Shown: piece after piece, positions 50,655 through 64,000 of the stretch
Layout of the letters: each line of letters starts with the position of its first letter
Position numbering within the stretch: the first letter of the stretch is position 1
NCBI GenBank assembly: GCA_951406725.2
Contig: OX597819.1
Span: 13,082,001-13,146,000, forward strand
Reading direction: 5' to 3'
Source: Octopus vulgaris
Lineage: Eukaryota
DNA: 64,000 nt
Program-made: the position numbers and the translations under genes
Notes under the pieces: generated by a model
Seen by the model: the letters and a program-made list of their open reading frames with translations, nothing else
Told to the model about the DNA's origin: nothing
The model's database searches: none

Positions 50655-51290
50655 TGTTTATATTTATTTTATGCATACACACTAGCGAATCGGCAAACCA
50701 TCCGTTAATTTGAATGATGAAAACATATACTAATTAAGAAGCAAATCTGAAAAGAGCCAAACTTTCAAGCCAGTCTTATAGCTGATAAGGCAACGGAAAT
50801 TGCCCAAACTGACAGTCAAGTGTTAAGAATTCTCAATCAGCATTTTTTGGACGATTAAGGCTCCTGTTAGTGAATATGTTTACATTCATGTGCGTTGACT
50901 ACAACATTAAAGCATTTAGCTCTTATTTCTAGCGATGTAGGTATTTCTAACATTCTAGTCACATTTATAATTCTCATTTTTGGTGAAATGTTGCAATGGG
51001 CTATATATTAAACCAGCAGATTAATGTAAAATTGTTTTTACTGTTACTGAACATAAAAACCACACCGTCCAACCCATGCCAGCATGGAAAACAGACGTTA
51101 AACGATGGGGATGATAATCTATTGATGTATGTACACAAGTGTGTTTGCGTATGTATATGCATGTGCTTACTCTCATATGTATGGGTGTATATGTGTGTTT
51201 GTGTATCTGCATTTGTATATGTGCATGTATATATGTGTGCGTGAAAATGTGTTTGTGTATATATATGCGTATGTGTACATTTGTGTGTGT

Positions 51291-51843
51291 CATCATCATC
51301 ATCGTTTAACGTCTGTTTTCCATGCTGGCATGGGTTGGACGGTTCGACTGAGGTCTGGGAAGCCAGGAGGCTGCACCAGGCTCCAGTCTGATCTGGCAGA
51401 GTTTCTGCAGCTGGATGCCCTTGCTAATGCCAATCACTCCGAGAGTGTAGTGGGTGCTTTTTACATGCCACTGGCACAGGGGCCAGAGGGGGCTGGCAAC
51501 AAGGTGACTCTGGAATCGGCCACATTTGGATGGTGCTTTTTACGTGCCACTGGCACGGGGATCACAACTACAATTTCCATTTGATTTTGGTTTTGATGTA
51601 CTTGACTCAAGCACGGCATGTTGCCCTAGGATCCGGGGTACTTTTGAGTGGGCTGGTTATGCAACACTGGTGTAGGTTACAGCTGTGAATTCACTTTATT
51701 TGCTGGGTCTTCTCAGTCACAGCATACCTCCAGAGGTCTCGGTCTTTTGTCATTGTCTCTGTGAGGCCCAACGTTTGAAGGTCATGCTTCACCACTTCAT
51801 CCCATGTCTTCCTGGGTCTCCCTCTGCCCCAGATTCCTTCCAG
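51291..51843 (-). mobile_element. 5'-truncated RTE LINE (last about 45 codons + 3' UTR)
   Basis: LEGIWGRGRPRKTWDEVVKHDLQTLGLTETMTKDRDLWRYAVTEKTQQIK*, same family as the 11.2-12.2 kb copy. Confidence 0.9.
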
Positions 51844-51849
51844 TGTGTG

Positions 51850-51907
<58 letters not shown>

Positions 51908-52509
51908 GACTTACGTATATTTTCTTTTTTGTATACATGTATGTATATCCAAAAATTTTCACCTCTCTAGTTTCATTCATGATGTTGCAGCCATCTTGCA
52001 GTACTACCTTCACTGTTTTAGTCAATTCTAACCAATTCAGGGTGTTATTTTGGGCTGATATTTATTGATCTGTTTGGGGAGTTGTTCCTTTGTAACCTAA
52101 AGGGATATAACAGGAACAGCTCCGCTATTTTTAGATTTATATATAAAAAAAAAAAGAGACACTAACATGTGTTATATATATGGCACAGGTATGGCTGCCT
52201 ACTTCCTGATCATGTGGTTTTAAGTTCAGTCCCACTGTATGACACCTTGGGCAAGAGTCTTCTGTTATTGACTTGGGCCAACCAAAATCTCGTGAAACTG
52301 AAAACAACCCACGTGTGTGTGTGTGTGTTTCCTTGTCTTGACTTCACATGACAGTTGTAAATAAGCATCACCCATACAAATGATGCTAATTTCGTCTTCT
52401 GTATAAAACCTGTTTGGCCATGGGGAAATATTACTTTGCTTGGAAACAGGTGAGGGTTTGTGACTGGAAGGGCATGTCTGAACCATGCAAGCATGGAAAA
52501 GTGGACATT

Positions 52510-52905
52510 AAAATGATTGTATGCATGTGGAAGAGAGATACCCAGGAAGATACGGGATAGAAGTATTCAAGGCCGATCTCAAAATGTTGAGCCTTATGAA
52601 GGAGATGACAGAGGACCGAGGTTTGTGGTGCATTGTTGTACTTGAGAAGACCTGCCCACCACAACAGAATTGATATCCTAAAACCAAAGTGCCATGCAAA
52701 TAGCATTGGTGTGGGTGCTGTGCCACATAAAACGCATCCAGTACACTTTGTGGTGTGGTTGGCATTAGGAAGGGCATCCAGCCATAGAAATCAAACCAAA
52801 ACTGACTATGGAACCTTGGTGCAGATCCTGGCCATGCCAGTTCCTGTCAAGTTGTGCAACCCATACCAGCATAGAAAACGGATGTTAAATAAAGATGATG
52901 ATGAA
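52510..52905 (+). mobile_element. Older RTE 3' end (ORF end + UTR)
   Basis: RGRxxPRKIRxEVFKADLKMLSLMKEMTEDRGLW-like reading then aggaagggcatccagc and gatgatgat tail. Confidence 0.7.
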
Positions 52906-53120
52906 GAGTTCAATGAATAACAGAAGCATAAGTGTCATCTTCCATGAGGAGGCAGTCATTCCCCAACAGATCTGTAAGAGAATTCCTTGTTATTTTTCTC
53001 TGTAAAAGAACAATAGGGTATTGTTTTTTAATTTTCGTTTTTTACCTTTTAATGGTTTCAGCTTGAGAAAGACTGTGGTGACCTTCTTAGGCACAAGAAC
53101 ACATTCACAAATGCTGTTGT

Positions 53121-53175
<55 letters not shown>

Positions 53176-53470
53176 GGGTGAGTTTGAGTGGTGAAAATAA
53201 ATATAGACGGAAGTAGAGGAAGGACCCCCCCCCCGAGAATAACAAGATGAAGAATGCTGAAGGAGGATATAAGAGCAAAAAGGGTTTGTGAGTGGGGAGT
53301 TACAACATAGGGCAAGATTGAGGGAAGGGTTTTAGCAGGGAAAATGACCTTAAAACACTTCTTGTATACATGTGTATGTCTCCCGATTGAAAGGTGCTTC
53401 AGACATAACCATTCCTTGTTCTGTTTTCAGGCATCGTGTATTTAGAACTTCATTATCTAATGAGTCTACA

Positions 53471-53865
53471 AAGCGGCGAGCTGGTAGAAACGTTAGCACG
53501 CTGGGCGAAATGCTTAGCGGTATTTCGTCTGGTGCTACGTTCTGAGTTCAAATTCCGCCGAGGTCGACTTTGCCTTTCATCCTTTCGGGGTCGATTAGAT
53601 AAGTACCAGTTACACACTGGGGTCGATATCATCATCATCGTTTACTTAATCCGTTTGTCCTTGTTTGTCCCTTCTGTGTTTAGCCCCTTGTGGGTAGTAA
53701 AGAAATAGGTATTTCATCTACTGGTCTGAGTTCAAATTCCGCCGAGGTCGACCTTGCCTTCTGTCCTTTCGGGGTCGATAAATAAAGTACCAGTGAAACA
53801 CTGGGGTCAATGCAATCAACTAGTCCCTTCTCCCCAAATATCAGGCCTTGTGCCTATAGTAGAAA
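53471..53865 (+). mobile_element. SINE-B1 followed directly by the 3' part of a SINE-B2
   Basis: B1 tail ..aaagaaata joined to ggtatttcatct..tctgagttcaaattccgcc. Confidence 0.85.
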
Positions 53866-54194
53866 CGGCTCTAATGAGCCCTTAATTTTTTAAAAAGACT
53901 GCATAGTTTGAGGGAAACATTTTCCAGTAGGTCGAGCAAATATCATAAGGACATGTTCGTTCAAAGCAAAGGGCCCTTTATTCTTTTTGGTGTGTTTCTG
54001 TTGAAATACGACAGCTTTTGTTGAAGTATTTTGTAAAACAGCCACCATATTAAGTTGGTGTATGAAACATAAGTGAACATGGAATTTTGAAGGAAGGTTT
54101 TAATTTAGGTCACTTTAAAACAGCAAGTTTGTATCATACATCCAGGGCAATGTCGGGCAGCTTGGTATCAAAAGGGTTAATATCCCTATATACC

Positions 54195-54768
54195 CTTTTA
54201 CTTGTTTCAGTCAATTGAATGTGGCCATGCTGGAGCACCGCCTTTAGTCTTATTCTTTTTAAGCCTAGTACTTATTCTATTGGTATCTTTTGCCGAACCG
54301 TTAAGTTACAGGGACATAAACACACCAGCATTGGTTGTCAAGCGATGTTGGGGGGACAAACACAGACACGGAAACATACATACACACACACACACACACA
54401 TATATATATACATATATACGACAGGCTTCTTTCAGTTTCTGTCTACCAAATCCACTCACAAGGCTTTGGTCGGCCCGAGGCTATAGTAGAAGACACTTAC
54501 CCGAGGTGCCACGCAGTGGGACTGAACCCGGAACCATGTGGTTCATAAGCAAGCTACTTACCACACAGCCACTCCTGCGCCTATAGATATATATATACAT
54601 ATATACGACAGGCTTCTTTCAGTTTCCGTCTACCAAATCCACTCACAAGGCTTTGGTCGACCTGAGGCTATAGTAGAAGACACTTACCCAGGGTGCTACA
54701 CAGTGGGACTGAACCCGGAACCATGTGGTTCATAAGCAAGCTACTTACCACACAGCCGCTCCTGCGCC
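54195..54768 (-). mobile_element. SINE-A with tandemly duplicated head module
   Basis: Head (acgacaggcttctttcag..ctcctgcgcc) at 54418-54582 and again at 54606-54768. Confidence 0.9.
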
Positions 54769-55009
54769 TATCATAATAACAATAATAATAACTAATGTAG
54801 ATGTTTGTTGGTTGATTTTCCTCGATCACAAATTGACATTGTAGAGAGAGTAAAGGACAGGTTAACCTAAGAGGTGCAGGATGAGTGGGGAGAAAGAATC
54901 AGAGATGCATTGCAGGAGGAGGAGGAGGAGTAAATTACAGGGTAGTTAAGGAGTAAGTTGTACAAACAAGAAATTTGTTTTGTTTAATTTTATCTTATAG
55001 TAATAAGTA

Positions 55010-55420
55010 TTTACTCTTTACTCTTTTTACTCTTTTACTTGTTTCAGTCATTTGACTGTGGCCATGCTGGAGCACCGCCTTTAATCGAGCAACTCGACCC
55101 CGGGACTTATTCTTTGTAAGCCCAGTACTTATTCTATCGGTATCTTTTGCCGAACCGCTAAGTTACGGGGACGTAAACACACCAGCATCGGTTGTCAAGC
55201 AATGCTAGGGGGACAAACACAAACATACACACACACACATATATATATACATATATAGACATATATACGACGGACATCTTTCAGTTTCCGTCTACCAAAT
55301 CCACTCAAAAGGCATTGGTCGGCCCGAGGCTATAGTAGAAGACACTTGCCCAAAGTGCCACGCAGTGGGATTGAACCCGGAACCATGTGGTTCGTAAGCA
55401 AGCTACTTACCACACAGCCA
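55010..55420 (-). mobile_element. SINE-A near full length
   Basis: Reverse complement of the consensus. Confidence 0.92.
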
Positions 55421-56199
55421 CATTTATCTTTGAAAATTCCTATCCGTGTCATCATTTTGTATATGCACCCAGAAATATGATAAAAGTTAAATTATAATTA
55501 CTGTATGTATGCCATGGCAAAAGTACACATGCAAAGTTACCTGTTGGCATAAGACAGGTAACGGACAGGTAGTAACACTTTTGTCACGTTTCTAATAATA
55601 AGAAAAGGTGTTTTTATTGTGAATGGAAATGAATAAATTTCAGAATTTCTTCCTTCCATTTCTTGAAGTAAATGACTTAAAGTGTCTCATCCAGGGATTC
55701 CAATAAAAATCCCCGAGTGGATGTGTCAGTGGATCCTAGCTTTTATTCACTGGACTGGACTGGGCCGGTCAATGCACATCACATATTAAACTCATTAAAT
55801 AACTCATTATATGATCAATATTTTAGTCAATATCTTGTCATTCTTTTGCTCAATATTTAGTGCTGTCACAGGGTTGGGTCATGTTTGACCCCTTGCACTC
55901 CTCAGAAAGGTCTTCATTGATCTGAGGCTATCAAAGGAGCAGTCTGTAGAATACGATGTGGCAGGAATGATACCAAAAGACTGCCTGTACACCATGAACA
56001 TCATTCCTGTAACAGCAACATTGGCTTTGATGTTCTCAGAGATTTCATATCATCTGAGACTGGCCCCTATAAAGACATAGTGGCTCTCATTTGTACCAAA
56101 GATGTAGTGGAATGGTTCACTATCCTAGATAGCAAGATTTGGCTTGAGTTCATAACAATGAACATAAAAGGCAAACAAAAGCCATTTTTTAATTCTTGT

Positions 56200-56830
56200 T
56201 GCAAAATTCCAACGAGCAAATTGTTCTTAGTTGCTGAGTATCAAATGTTTCTTTAGTAATTTTAGCCATTTCAGCTTGTTGACAACGCTTATTTCTGTTG
56301 GTGTTATTAAAATCTGACAAAAACTCTTTGACTTTCCTTCAATGAACCTTAGGGTTACTTGTTCAGTCCTGTGAATGTCTGACATTTCCTCAAACAGAAT
56401 GCAATACCCTGAACACCGTTTCACATCGTTTGCTATGATCTCAGTTGCAGACAGTAGGTGAAGTCCACTTGTATAGTTGCATCTAACAAACTTTCCTATT
56501 TTGCCTCTAAGAAATATCCTTTGACTACAAATACAGAAGTTCCAAAATATCTTTGCCTGGTTTTCTGCAGTCTTCTGTGTGACTTCATTGAACTAATGTC
56601 TTGTTGGGTAGTGAGCAACGGAGTTTTGGTAGTAATCGTCAAGTGGTCTTGGTTCTGCACTACTTACTGCCTGTGTATATAACACAATAGTTTTTTAGTT
56701 CACTTAACACCAACATGTTATGCTTGGCTGTTTCACTTCATCATGGCCTGCTAATGGATGGCAAGCACTCTTCATATGCTTTGTGAACCAGTTTGCCTTC
56801 TTCCAGTTTTCAAAACTATCTGTGTTTCCG
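56200..56830 (-). pseudogene. Decayed hAT (ZMYM1/DUF4371-like) transposase relic
   Basis: Minus-strand fragments FENWKKANWFTKHMKS and VKRCSGYCILFEEMSDIHRTEQVTLRF resemble the F.NWKKA...F..H and FSIxxDExxDISxxEQ..RF motifs of these transposases. Confidence 0.55.
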
Positions 56831-56901
56831 TGCATGAAAACTCTACAAGAGTAACTCAGAGTTTAACATTAATTCATTGGTAAACAAAGGATAAGATTTA
56901 A

Positions 56902-57341
56902 CCTTTTTGTTACTGTATTTAGTTTGAGATGTTCTGTGTTTTTTTCAATTAATTTTAAATATAACAAAGAGGTGCGGGCATGGCTGTGTGGTTAGGGAGC
57001 TTGCTTCCTAACTACATGGTTTCGGGTTCAGTCCCACTGCGTAGCACTTTGGGTAGGTGTCTTCCGCTATAGCCCCGAGTCGACTGAAGCTTTGTGATTG
57101 AATTCGGTGGGTGGAAGTTACTGCCGTGTGTGTATGTGTGCGTATAGCTGCTCAGTGCCTCTCCAAAAGAGAGAGAGAGAGGGAATTTAGTAAAATAATT
57201 TAATTATCATTAAGCTGGTGTTAGGAGCATAAATTGTGACTAAGGTTTGGTGGAAGATTTTAATTCAAAACTTATGAAAACAAGACATTTGTACTACAGA
57301 GCCAGAGGTGGTTTCAGCTGGATTGGTATTGAAAGGGAGGG
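56902..57341. mobile_element. piggyBac-like MITE with a diverged SINE-A insert (about 56971-57182)
   Basis: TTAA flanks; reverse-oriented homologue of 42166-42371. Confidence 0.8.
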
Positions 57342-57372
57342 TTAAGAATTGTTTGTCTATTATATATTTTAA

Positions 57373-57594
57373 CGCATTTGTTACCATATTCCTGTTGAGA
57401 TGCTCTGTGTTTCATTCAATTAATTTTAAATATAACAAAGAATTTAGTAAAATAACTTTGTTATCATTCAGTTAGTGTTAGGAACATAAATTGTGACTAA
57501 GGTTTGGTGGAAGATTTTAATTTAAAACTTATGAAAACAAGACATTTGTACTACAGAGCCAGAGCTGGTTTCAGCTAGGTTGGTATCAAAAGGG
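57373..57594. mobile_element. piggyBac-like MITE, adjacent second copy
   Basis: TTAA flanks, ends ttggtatcaaaaggg. Confidence 0.82.
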
Positions 57595-58163
57595 TTTAAC
57601 CATATCTGAAACTAGATTCTTTACCAAATTTTTTATTCATATTGTGACAAAACTGGTTGATTTGGTCCAGTTTTTGTGGTTTTGTTTTGAGGACACAGCA
57701 ACATGAATGGAGATTCCTGGGTTACTTTTAGGTCATTCTTGTCATTCTCACTTGAAATATTTTCAGGTTTGGTGTCGCCAACCTCTATAGACACTCCAGA
57801 TATGTCTCTGATATCCTGATCATCACTATTGTTGTAGGTTAGAGATAATATATCAGTTTCATCTCTGTTCCTCCCTTCTTTGTCTGAAACATTTCTTTGT
57901 TGAATGCATCATGACTTTCACATATTTATTCAGTTTTGATTTAGTGAAGCTTCATCTTGAAGCTTCAACACTTCAACGATGTAATTATTTATTTTTAGAT
58001 ATTGTAGGGTAGGTGTGAGAAGCTGGATCTGACCAGTTTGCATATAACAGGTAGAATATTTGGATCAGATATGGTCAGTTTGAATACTAAAGGGTTAAAA
58101 GTCACGGTGTGGCCGGAATCTTTGTAATCAAAATTTATTTGCTGGCACATTTTTTTCTGTAAT

Positions 58164-58705
58164 ATCATCATCATCGTTTAAAGTCCGTTTTCCATGCTAG
58201 CATCGGCTGGACGGTTCGACGGGGATCTGGGAAGCCAGGCGGCTGCACCAGGCTCTAGTCTCATCTGGCAATGTTTCTACAGCTGGATGCCCTTCCTAAA
58301 ACCAACCACTCCGTGAGTGTAGTGGGTACTTTTTACGTGCCACCGGCACAGAGGCCAGAGGAAGCTAACAAACGGCCACGATCGGTTGGTACTTTTTATG
58401 TGCCACTGGTACGGAAGCCACTGGCATTGGCCACGTTTCGATGGTGCTTTTTACGTACCACTGGCACGGGTATCACAACTACAATTTCCATTTAATTTTT
58501 ATTTTGATGTTGATGCACTTGACTCGATAGGTCTCCTCAAACACAGCAGGTCGCCCTACGATCCAAGGTAAGCACAGCAGGCCATCCTGTGATCCAAAAT
58601 ACTTTGGATGGGCTGGGGCTGCAATGTGAAGCTGGTGCAGGAACAGCCATGAACTTGTGCTATTTGTCGGGTCTTCGCAGTCACAGCATATCTCCAAAGG
58701 TCTCG
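58164..58705 (-). mobile_element. RTE 3' end (family C)
   Basis: RDLWRYAVTAKTRQI + UTR modules + (GAT)n. Confidence 0.88.
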
Positions 58706-59234
58706 TATATTGGTGACATTTATAATTAAAAGAATGGGCCATCCCTCAGTATTGGGACATGATGCCATTCACCCACACAACCCTCCCTCATAACATAGTC
58801 TGGGCAGAATGATGTTGTCTTCTCTCACTGACACTCTATAGACCAATATGGAAGGAATGCCAAAGAATATCCTGTAACTACTTGAGCAGAGGTCTTCAAT
58901 TTAACCATTGTTTTATTGAGATATTTAGAAGGTTTACAAGTTAGTCCTGGAACAAAAAAACCTGATATCTTCAATAATATTCAAATTGAATCAGGTTAAT
59001 TCCTCTGTTCTCTTGACATTTCTCTCCAGTAACTAATCTCTTTTTTTTTATTGAATTCTCTGTTTGTTTAAGAGTCAAGATTTCTAAAGTAGTTATGTAT
59101 TGGTTTTGTATCTTCAAAGGAATTTTTGAAGATACATACCAAACTGCTACAGCTAACATTCCAACCGAACAATGCCTCGGATATCAATAATTGCTCTCTC
59201 TTCCCTCTGTTTCCTCCTATTCATTCCTATTCAG

Positions 59235-59334
59235 CCATTGAAATGCATTCATCAGAGCCCATGACATCTGTTTTTGTTGTTAATTATCTCAACAATAACA
59301 TGACAATAACTTCTTCCACTTACAAAGAGTTCAG
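59235..59334 (+). CDS. Candidate second coding exon ((A)IEMHSSEPMTSVFVVNYLNNNMTITSSTYKEF); with exon 1 resembles the N-terminus of an AMP-binding/adenylation enzyme (AASDH-like?)
   Basis: Long polypyrimidine acceptor ctctctcttccctctgtttcctcctattcattcctattcAG|, donor CAG|GTTAGG, open in the phase set by exon 1; TYKEF resembles the A1 motif (T/S)YxEL. Confidence 0.55.
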
Positions 59335-60067
59335 GTTAGGATTAAAGCTAGCAGCAACAACTGGCATTTGACCCTGTCTGACCCAAACAAGATCCTCAAA
59401 GCAGAAAGTAGAAAGTCCTTTCTGTTTATTTAGTTAACCTAGATAGCTGCATTATATAATTTATATGAACAACCAAAGATTTGCATAATAAGTCTTTGCT
59501 TAGAAACCAAGCATTAGCTGTAGGCAGGTGCAGAGTTATAGCATTCCTAATATATGAGAGGGAGAGAGACAGAGGGAATATGCATGTCTATATAAACAGT
59601 CCACAAGTTACATAACATATGGAGAACCCTCCATTTAGTCACACGGCTGAGATTTAATGTATTGTCATAGGCTGAGATTTTCATATTGTTTGTGGGAGAC
59701 AGACTTTATAGAATTGTCCCCTTACCACCATGCATTAAATGTGTCTGAATAGCTTGCCAAGGTATCTTATTAGCATTATGCCAAACATGTCCTTTCCCAG
59801 AGACAGACAAAGAAAGGGAATATTTGCTTTCTTTTTCCTATAGCAAGAAATAGTGGTTTGGTATTTACTGGGAAGGCTATTGTCTCTTTGGCTCCGCTCC
59901 TTAACTCATTTGTCATCATATTTCTGTTGAAATACTCTGCCGCTTTTAAAGTTGGAGTTTGGAACATAAATGAAAATAGGATTTTGTTGAAAGTTTTGAT
60001 TTAGATCCTTTTAAAACAGAAAGTCTGTATCGTGGAATTAAGGCCAATCTCAGGTAGGTTGCTATAT

Positions 60068-60455
60068 TACTCTTTTACTTGTTTCAGTCATTTGACTGTG
60101 GCCATGCTGGAGCACCGCCTTTAGTCGAGCACATCGACCCCCAGAACTTATTCTTTGTAAGCCTAGTACTTATTCTATCAGTCTCTTTTGCCGAACCGCT
60201 AAGTTACGAGGACGTAAACACACCAGCATTTGCTGTCAAGCGATGTTGTGGGGACAAACACAGACACACAAACATACATATATATATATATATACATATG
60301 ATGGGCTTCTTTCAGTTTCCGTCTACCAAATCCACTTACAAGGCTTTGGTTGGCCTGAGGCTCTAGTAGAAGACACTTGCCCAAGGTGCCATGCAGTGTG
60401 ATTGAACCCGGAACCATGTGGTTTGTAAGTAAGCTACTTACCACACACCCACTCC
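60068..60455 (-). mobile_element. SINE-A full length
   Basis: Reverse complement of the consensus. Confidence 0.9.
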
Positions 60456-61009
60456 CTGATACGATTAAAGTTGTGTATTATTTTGAGGAGTAGGTGCAGT
60501 GTCCATAACTCTCTCTCCCCACCACTACACAAACTAGCAAAGTTGTTGACATCCAGTTCATACTTCTGTGTTGATGTCTGTTGGGAAGTGTGAGCTAGGA
60601 GAGAGTTCCACCAGGCTCATCTTGTATTGGGAAGGAAGGTGATAAAGTAATGATATTGTCAAATGAACCACATGTGGAATGACATAAGTAGGTATGGACA
60701 TCATTGTACAGAATGTTGTGGTCAAAGGAGTAACAACAGGTGGATGACACTTTTTATATTCTGTAGGCTTGTGATTTGTACAGTGTTGGTTAGTGAAGGT
60801 TATTTGCCTGTTTTAATCTCATTTTCATATAATACTGAACTGTAAAGACGAACTGATCAAATAGTGAAAGTAACTAACAGGCTATGCACCTTTGAAGTCA
60901 AATCTGTTACTAGGGACATAATTACTGTTATTGCTATATGTCCTAGAGTGACACATAACTCCACCAAACTGCCCTTGTGGCAAAGATTTGAAATAATAAT
61001 GATAATAAT

Positions 61010-61580
61010 AAGTGCCAGTAAGGAGCGTGATTGTTACCTGCATCACCTTACTGGCACTTGTGCTGGTGGCTCGTGAGAAAATATTCGAACGAGGTCATTG
61101 CCAGTGCCGCTGGACTGGCTCCTGTGCAGGTGGCACATAAAAAGCACCATTTGAGCGTGGCTGTTGCCAATACCTATTTCTTTACTACCCACAAGGGGCT
61201 AAACATAGAGGGGACAAACAAAGACAGACATAGGTAAAAAGTTGATTACATCGACCCCAGTGCATAACTGGTACTTAATTTATCGACCCCGAAAGGATGA
61301 AAGGTAAAGTCGACCTCGGCGGAATTTGAACTCACAACGTAACGGCAGACAAAATACCGCTAAGCATTTCGCCTGGCGCGCTAATGGTTCTGCCAGCTCG
61401 CCGCCTTCTCGCTGTTGCCAATACCACCTGACTGGCCCTTGTGCCGGTGGCACGTAAAAGCACCCACTACACTCTTGGAGTGGTTGGTGTTAGGAAGGAC
61501 ATCCAACTGTAGAAACTCACCAGACCTCGGTCAAATCGTCCAACCTATGCTAGCATGGAAAGCGGATGTTAAACGATGAA
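61010..61580 (+). mobile_element. RTE family C 3' UTR interrupted by a SINE-B1 (61175-61410, minus) with 15-bp TSD
   Basis: GCTGTTGCCAATACC at 61160-61174 and 61411-61425. Confidence 0.9.
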
Positions 61581-61640
61581 TAATAATAATATTAATAATA
61601 ATGATAATAATAATGATAAATGTCCTGAATAATAATAATA

Positions 61641-62183
61641 AATGACCAGGCAGTGGCTCTCATGGCTTCTGATCTTAACTAATTGGAAGTGTTAGCATGT
61701 ACATTGTTTTGTCTTGGTATAAAAGATGGGCTACACTAAATATTCAGCTCAATACCACAGATTTGCTTGTCAGTTGCTTGACCATAACCAGTTGAGCATG
61801 TCCCTTAGTGGCTGACGATATGTGCATCTCTGATCACGAGTAGAAGTAGTGGGGGAGCATCATAGCCATGTGTCGAGAGGGATTCTTTGGGGTTTGAATA
61901 ATTCACCTTTGGAAACATAGGTGTTTCGTTCAAGATCCTTAAACAACCCTTATTTAGGGACCTTTTGAGCGGGATGGGTTACTCGACCAGAAGAAAATTC
62001 TAACTGGGCCCACCTGCAAGGTCATGTGCTGTTTTTCTTGATATGAGATCACCATGTCGTGCACATATGGTTGTGATGCATGTGCCTAGTGTACCCTTAT
62101 CAGACGGGCAGTACCCTTATCAGACTGGACTTCGTATATTTTACCCCAGTGTCACTTTGATGGTATGCACTACTCTCTCACTC

Positions 62184-62216
<33 letters not shown>
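61641..62216 (+). mobile_element. (AAT)n-tailed retroelement 3' fragment (family E, copy 2)
   Basis: Homologous to 466-971 with an extra internal segment; (AAT)n on both flanks. Confidence 0.72.
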
Positions 62217-63411
62217 TATTATTATTATTGTTATTATTGTTAGGTGGTGAGTAGGCAGAATTGTTAACATGTTAGAAAAATATTTTATGATGATTTTTCC
62301 AACTCCTAACATTCTGAGTTCCAGTTCCTTCAAGGTCAACTTTACCTTTCATCCTTTCAGAGCTGATAGAATAAAGTACCAGTCAAGTACAAGGGTCGAT
62401 GGAATCGACTTGTTCCCTCTCCTTCAAATTCGTAACCTTCTACCAAAATTAGAAACAATTATTATTATCATCATTACGGCAGGAAGCAGGCAAAATTGTT
62501 AGCGTGTTGGAGAAAATGCTTAACAGTATCTATTCTAGTGTTATGTTCTTAATTCAAATGTCACTTCACTGAGGTAGACTTGGCCTTTCTCTCTTTCTGG
62601 GTTGATAAAAGAAATACCAGTCAACTACTGAGGTTGATTTACTGCTATCTCCCCCAAATGTCAGCCCTATTGTTATTATTATTAATAGATTGTTAATGAT
62701 GTAACGAAAGATGGGCTCATCTTTTTCATTGTTGTTTAACTCCTCCACTCCATCCATCTATGGTGAAACCCAGTCTACAACACAACACTAGCTAATCAAT
62801 CATTGCAACTGAACCACTACATCTCCTGTCCCGGTTGAAGGATCTTGTGAGTTACACGGTGACCCTTCTAATGTTGGTGCCACTTAAAAAGCATCACGGC
62901 ACTGTGAAGGGGTTGGTGTTAGGAAGGCTGTCCAGCCATAGAAACTGTATCAACACAGAGATTGAAACTTGGTACTGGCATAATTTCAAATAGATTTGGC
63001 TGTTATTTCTAAGCTGGTTGACCTACCTTGTAGCAGCTCTGTCATTTGTCTGCAGTATATATCCAAGGTAGAAGATCCAGGTGGCTTTCTAAACATTTAA
63101 CTGGTTGCCTGTGTGTAGGTGTACACCACTACCACCACCACCACCATGGTAACAATAGCTGACTATTTTATAGTCTAGACCAGAGCATAGTCATTGAGTA
63201 ACCACCACAAGGTATTGTCATTCAGTTGACCAACTGATCAGCAGTTTCTCACCATTAACAAAAATGTCCTCACTGACTTGACATGGAAAGAACCGGAACA
63301 CCTCCCCACCCTGTATCCCTTGCTTGTAGAGTCACACTGTACTTTCATTATTACAAGCCTCATTAAACAACAGTCAGTAATACATCATCATCGTCATCAG
63401 CATAAATTGAT

Positions 63412-63477
63412 GAGACTACTACTACTACTGCTATTATTATTATTATTATTATTGTTATTATTATTATTATTATTACT

Positions 63478-63508
<31 letters not shown>

Positions 63509-63556
63509 TTATTATTATTATTATAATTATTATTATTATTATTAACAACAACAACA
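63412..63556. repeat. (CTA)n(TTA)n microsatellite
   Basis: Direct inspection. Confidence 0.95.
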
Positions 63557-63957
63557 CAGCTGTAAAATGTCTCTTCAAACAAATCCCTGCCACTTCAAGT
63601 GGGGGGCTAATCAGTTTATTTCAACTGTTAATCCCTAGAAATAACATCCAAAACACGAATGGATTTGTTAAAGAAACAAAAAGCAAACAAGAGACTGTTT
63701 GATAAGAGTTTGAGTCATTTTTTTATATTGCAATTTGGGAATAATAACAACATTAAAAGCATGTTCTTGAATGGATCGTCACTGGTTAATTAGATTTTCG
63801 ATGGTAAGAGTGGTAGGGAAGGCTCTCAAATTGGTGTATTTCAAGAGACACTATTCCAAATCCATTGGTCTTTATGCCAAACTTGTACATCTCACCTGTA
63901 CATCACTTGTACATCTCACCTGTCTTCTGTTTTTTGGGTTTTGTATGTTTGGACCAT

Positions 63958-64000
63958 ATGAGGGCTGATAAATAAGTATTCAGACTGTTGCTATAGTAAC
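63958..64000 (+). mobile_element. Probable mariner-type TIR start, cut by the window end
   Basis: ta|tgagggctgataaataagtattcagact resembles mariner termini (TA-CGAGGG..AATAAGT). Confidence 0.4.

Noticed and set aside
63771-63968. ORF with IGLY as a possible third exon of the plus-strand gene (phase-compatible AG at about 63793)
   Set aside because: No polypyrimidine tract, no clear donor, contains a small tandem duplication and runs into a mariner end; similarity too short

Overview
AT-rich, microsatellite-dense eukaryotic DNA, almost certainly animal and by repeat content most likely an Octopus (cephalopod) genome. That organism call comes from my recall of the SINE sequences and is not verified. 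Nearly all listed ORFs are artefacts of microsatellites and SINEs. The window is mostly intronic sequence filled with: two tRNA-derived SINE families (here SINE-A and SINE-B); RTE-clade LINE 3' ends with a (GAT)n tail; a CR1/L2-group LINE 3' end; a full-length but frameshifted DD37D (maT) Tc1/mariner transposon; three non-autonomous Helitrons; piggyBac-, hAT-, mariner- and Mutator-like MITEs; and a decayed hAT transposase. A CpG-retaining zone at about 44.5-49 kb looks like a divergent promoter. On + there is a candidate gene (exons 48109-48199 and 59235-59334) resembling the N-terminus of an AMP-binding (adenylation) enzyme. On - there is a weaker candidate transcript starting near 46.6 kb. 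The most interesting signal is a set of unrelated small non-coding retroelements carrying minimal type I hammerhead ribozymes with palindromic stem III: a 350-nt retrozyme-like tandem unit at 14.3-14.9 kb, a tRNA-headed SINE with a hammerhead duplicated head-to-head at 22.1-22.5 kb, and a core-intact motif at 50498-50545. Several long fold-back inserts also sit in (TA)n tracts, and the SINE-B1 subfamily appears to prefer GGT target sites.
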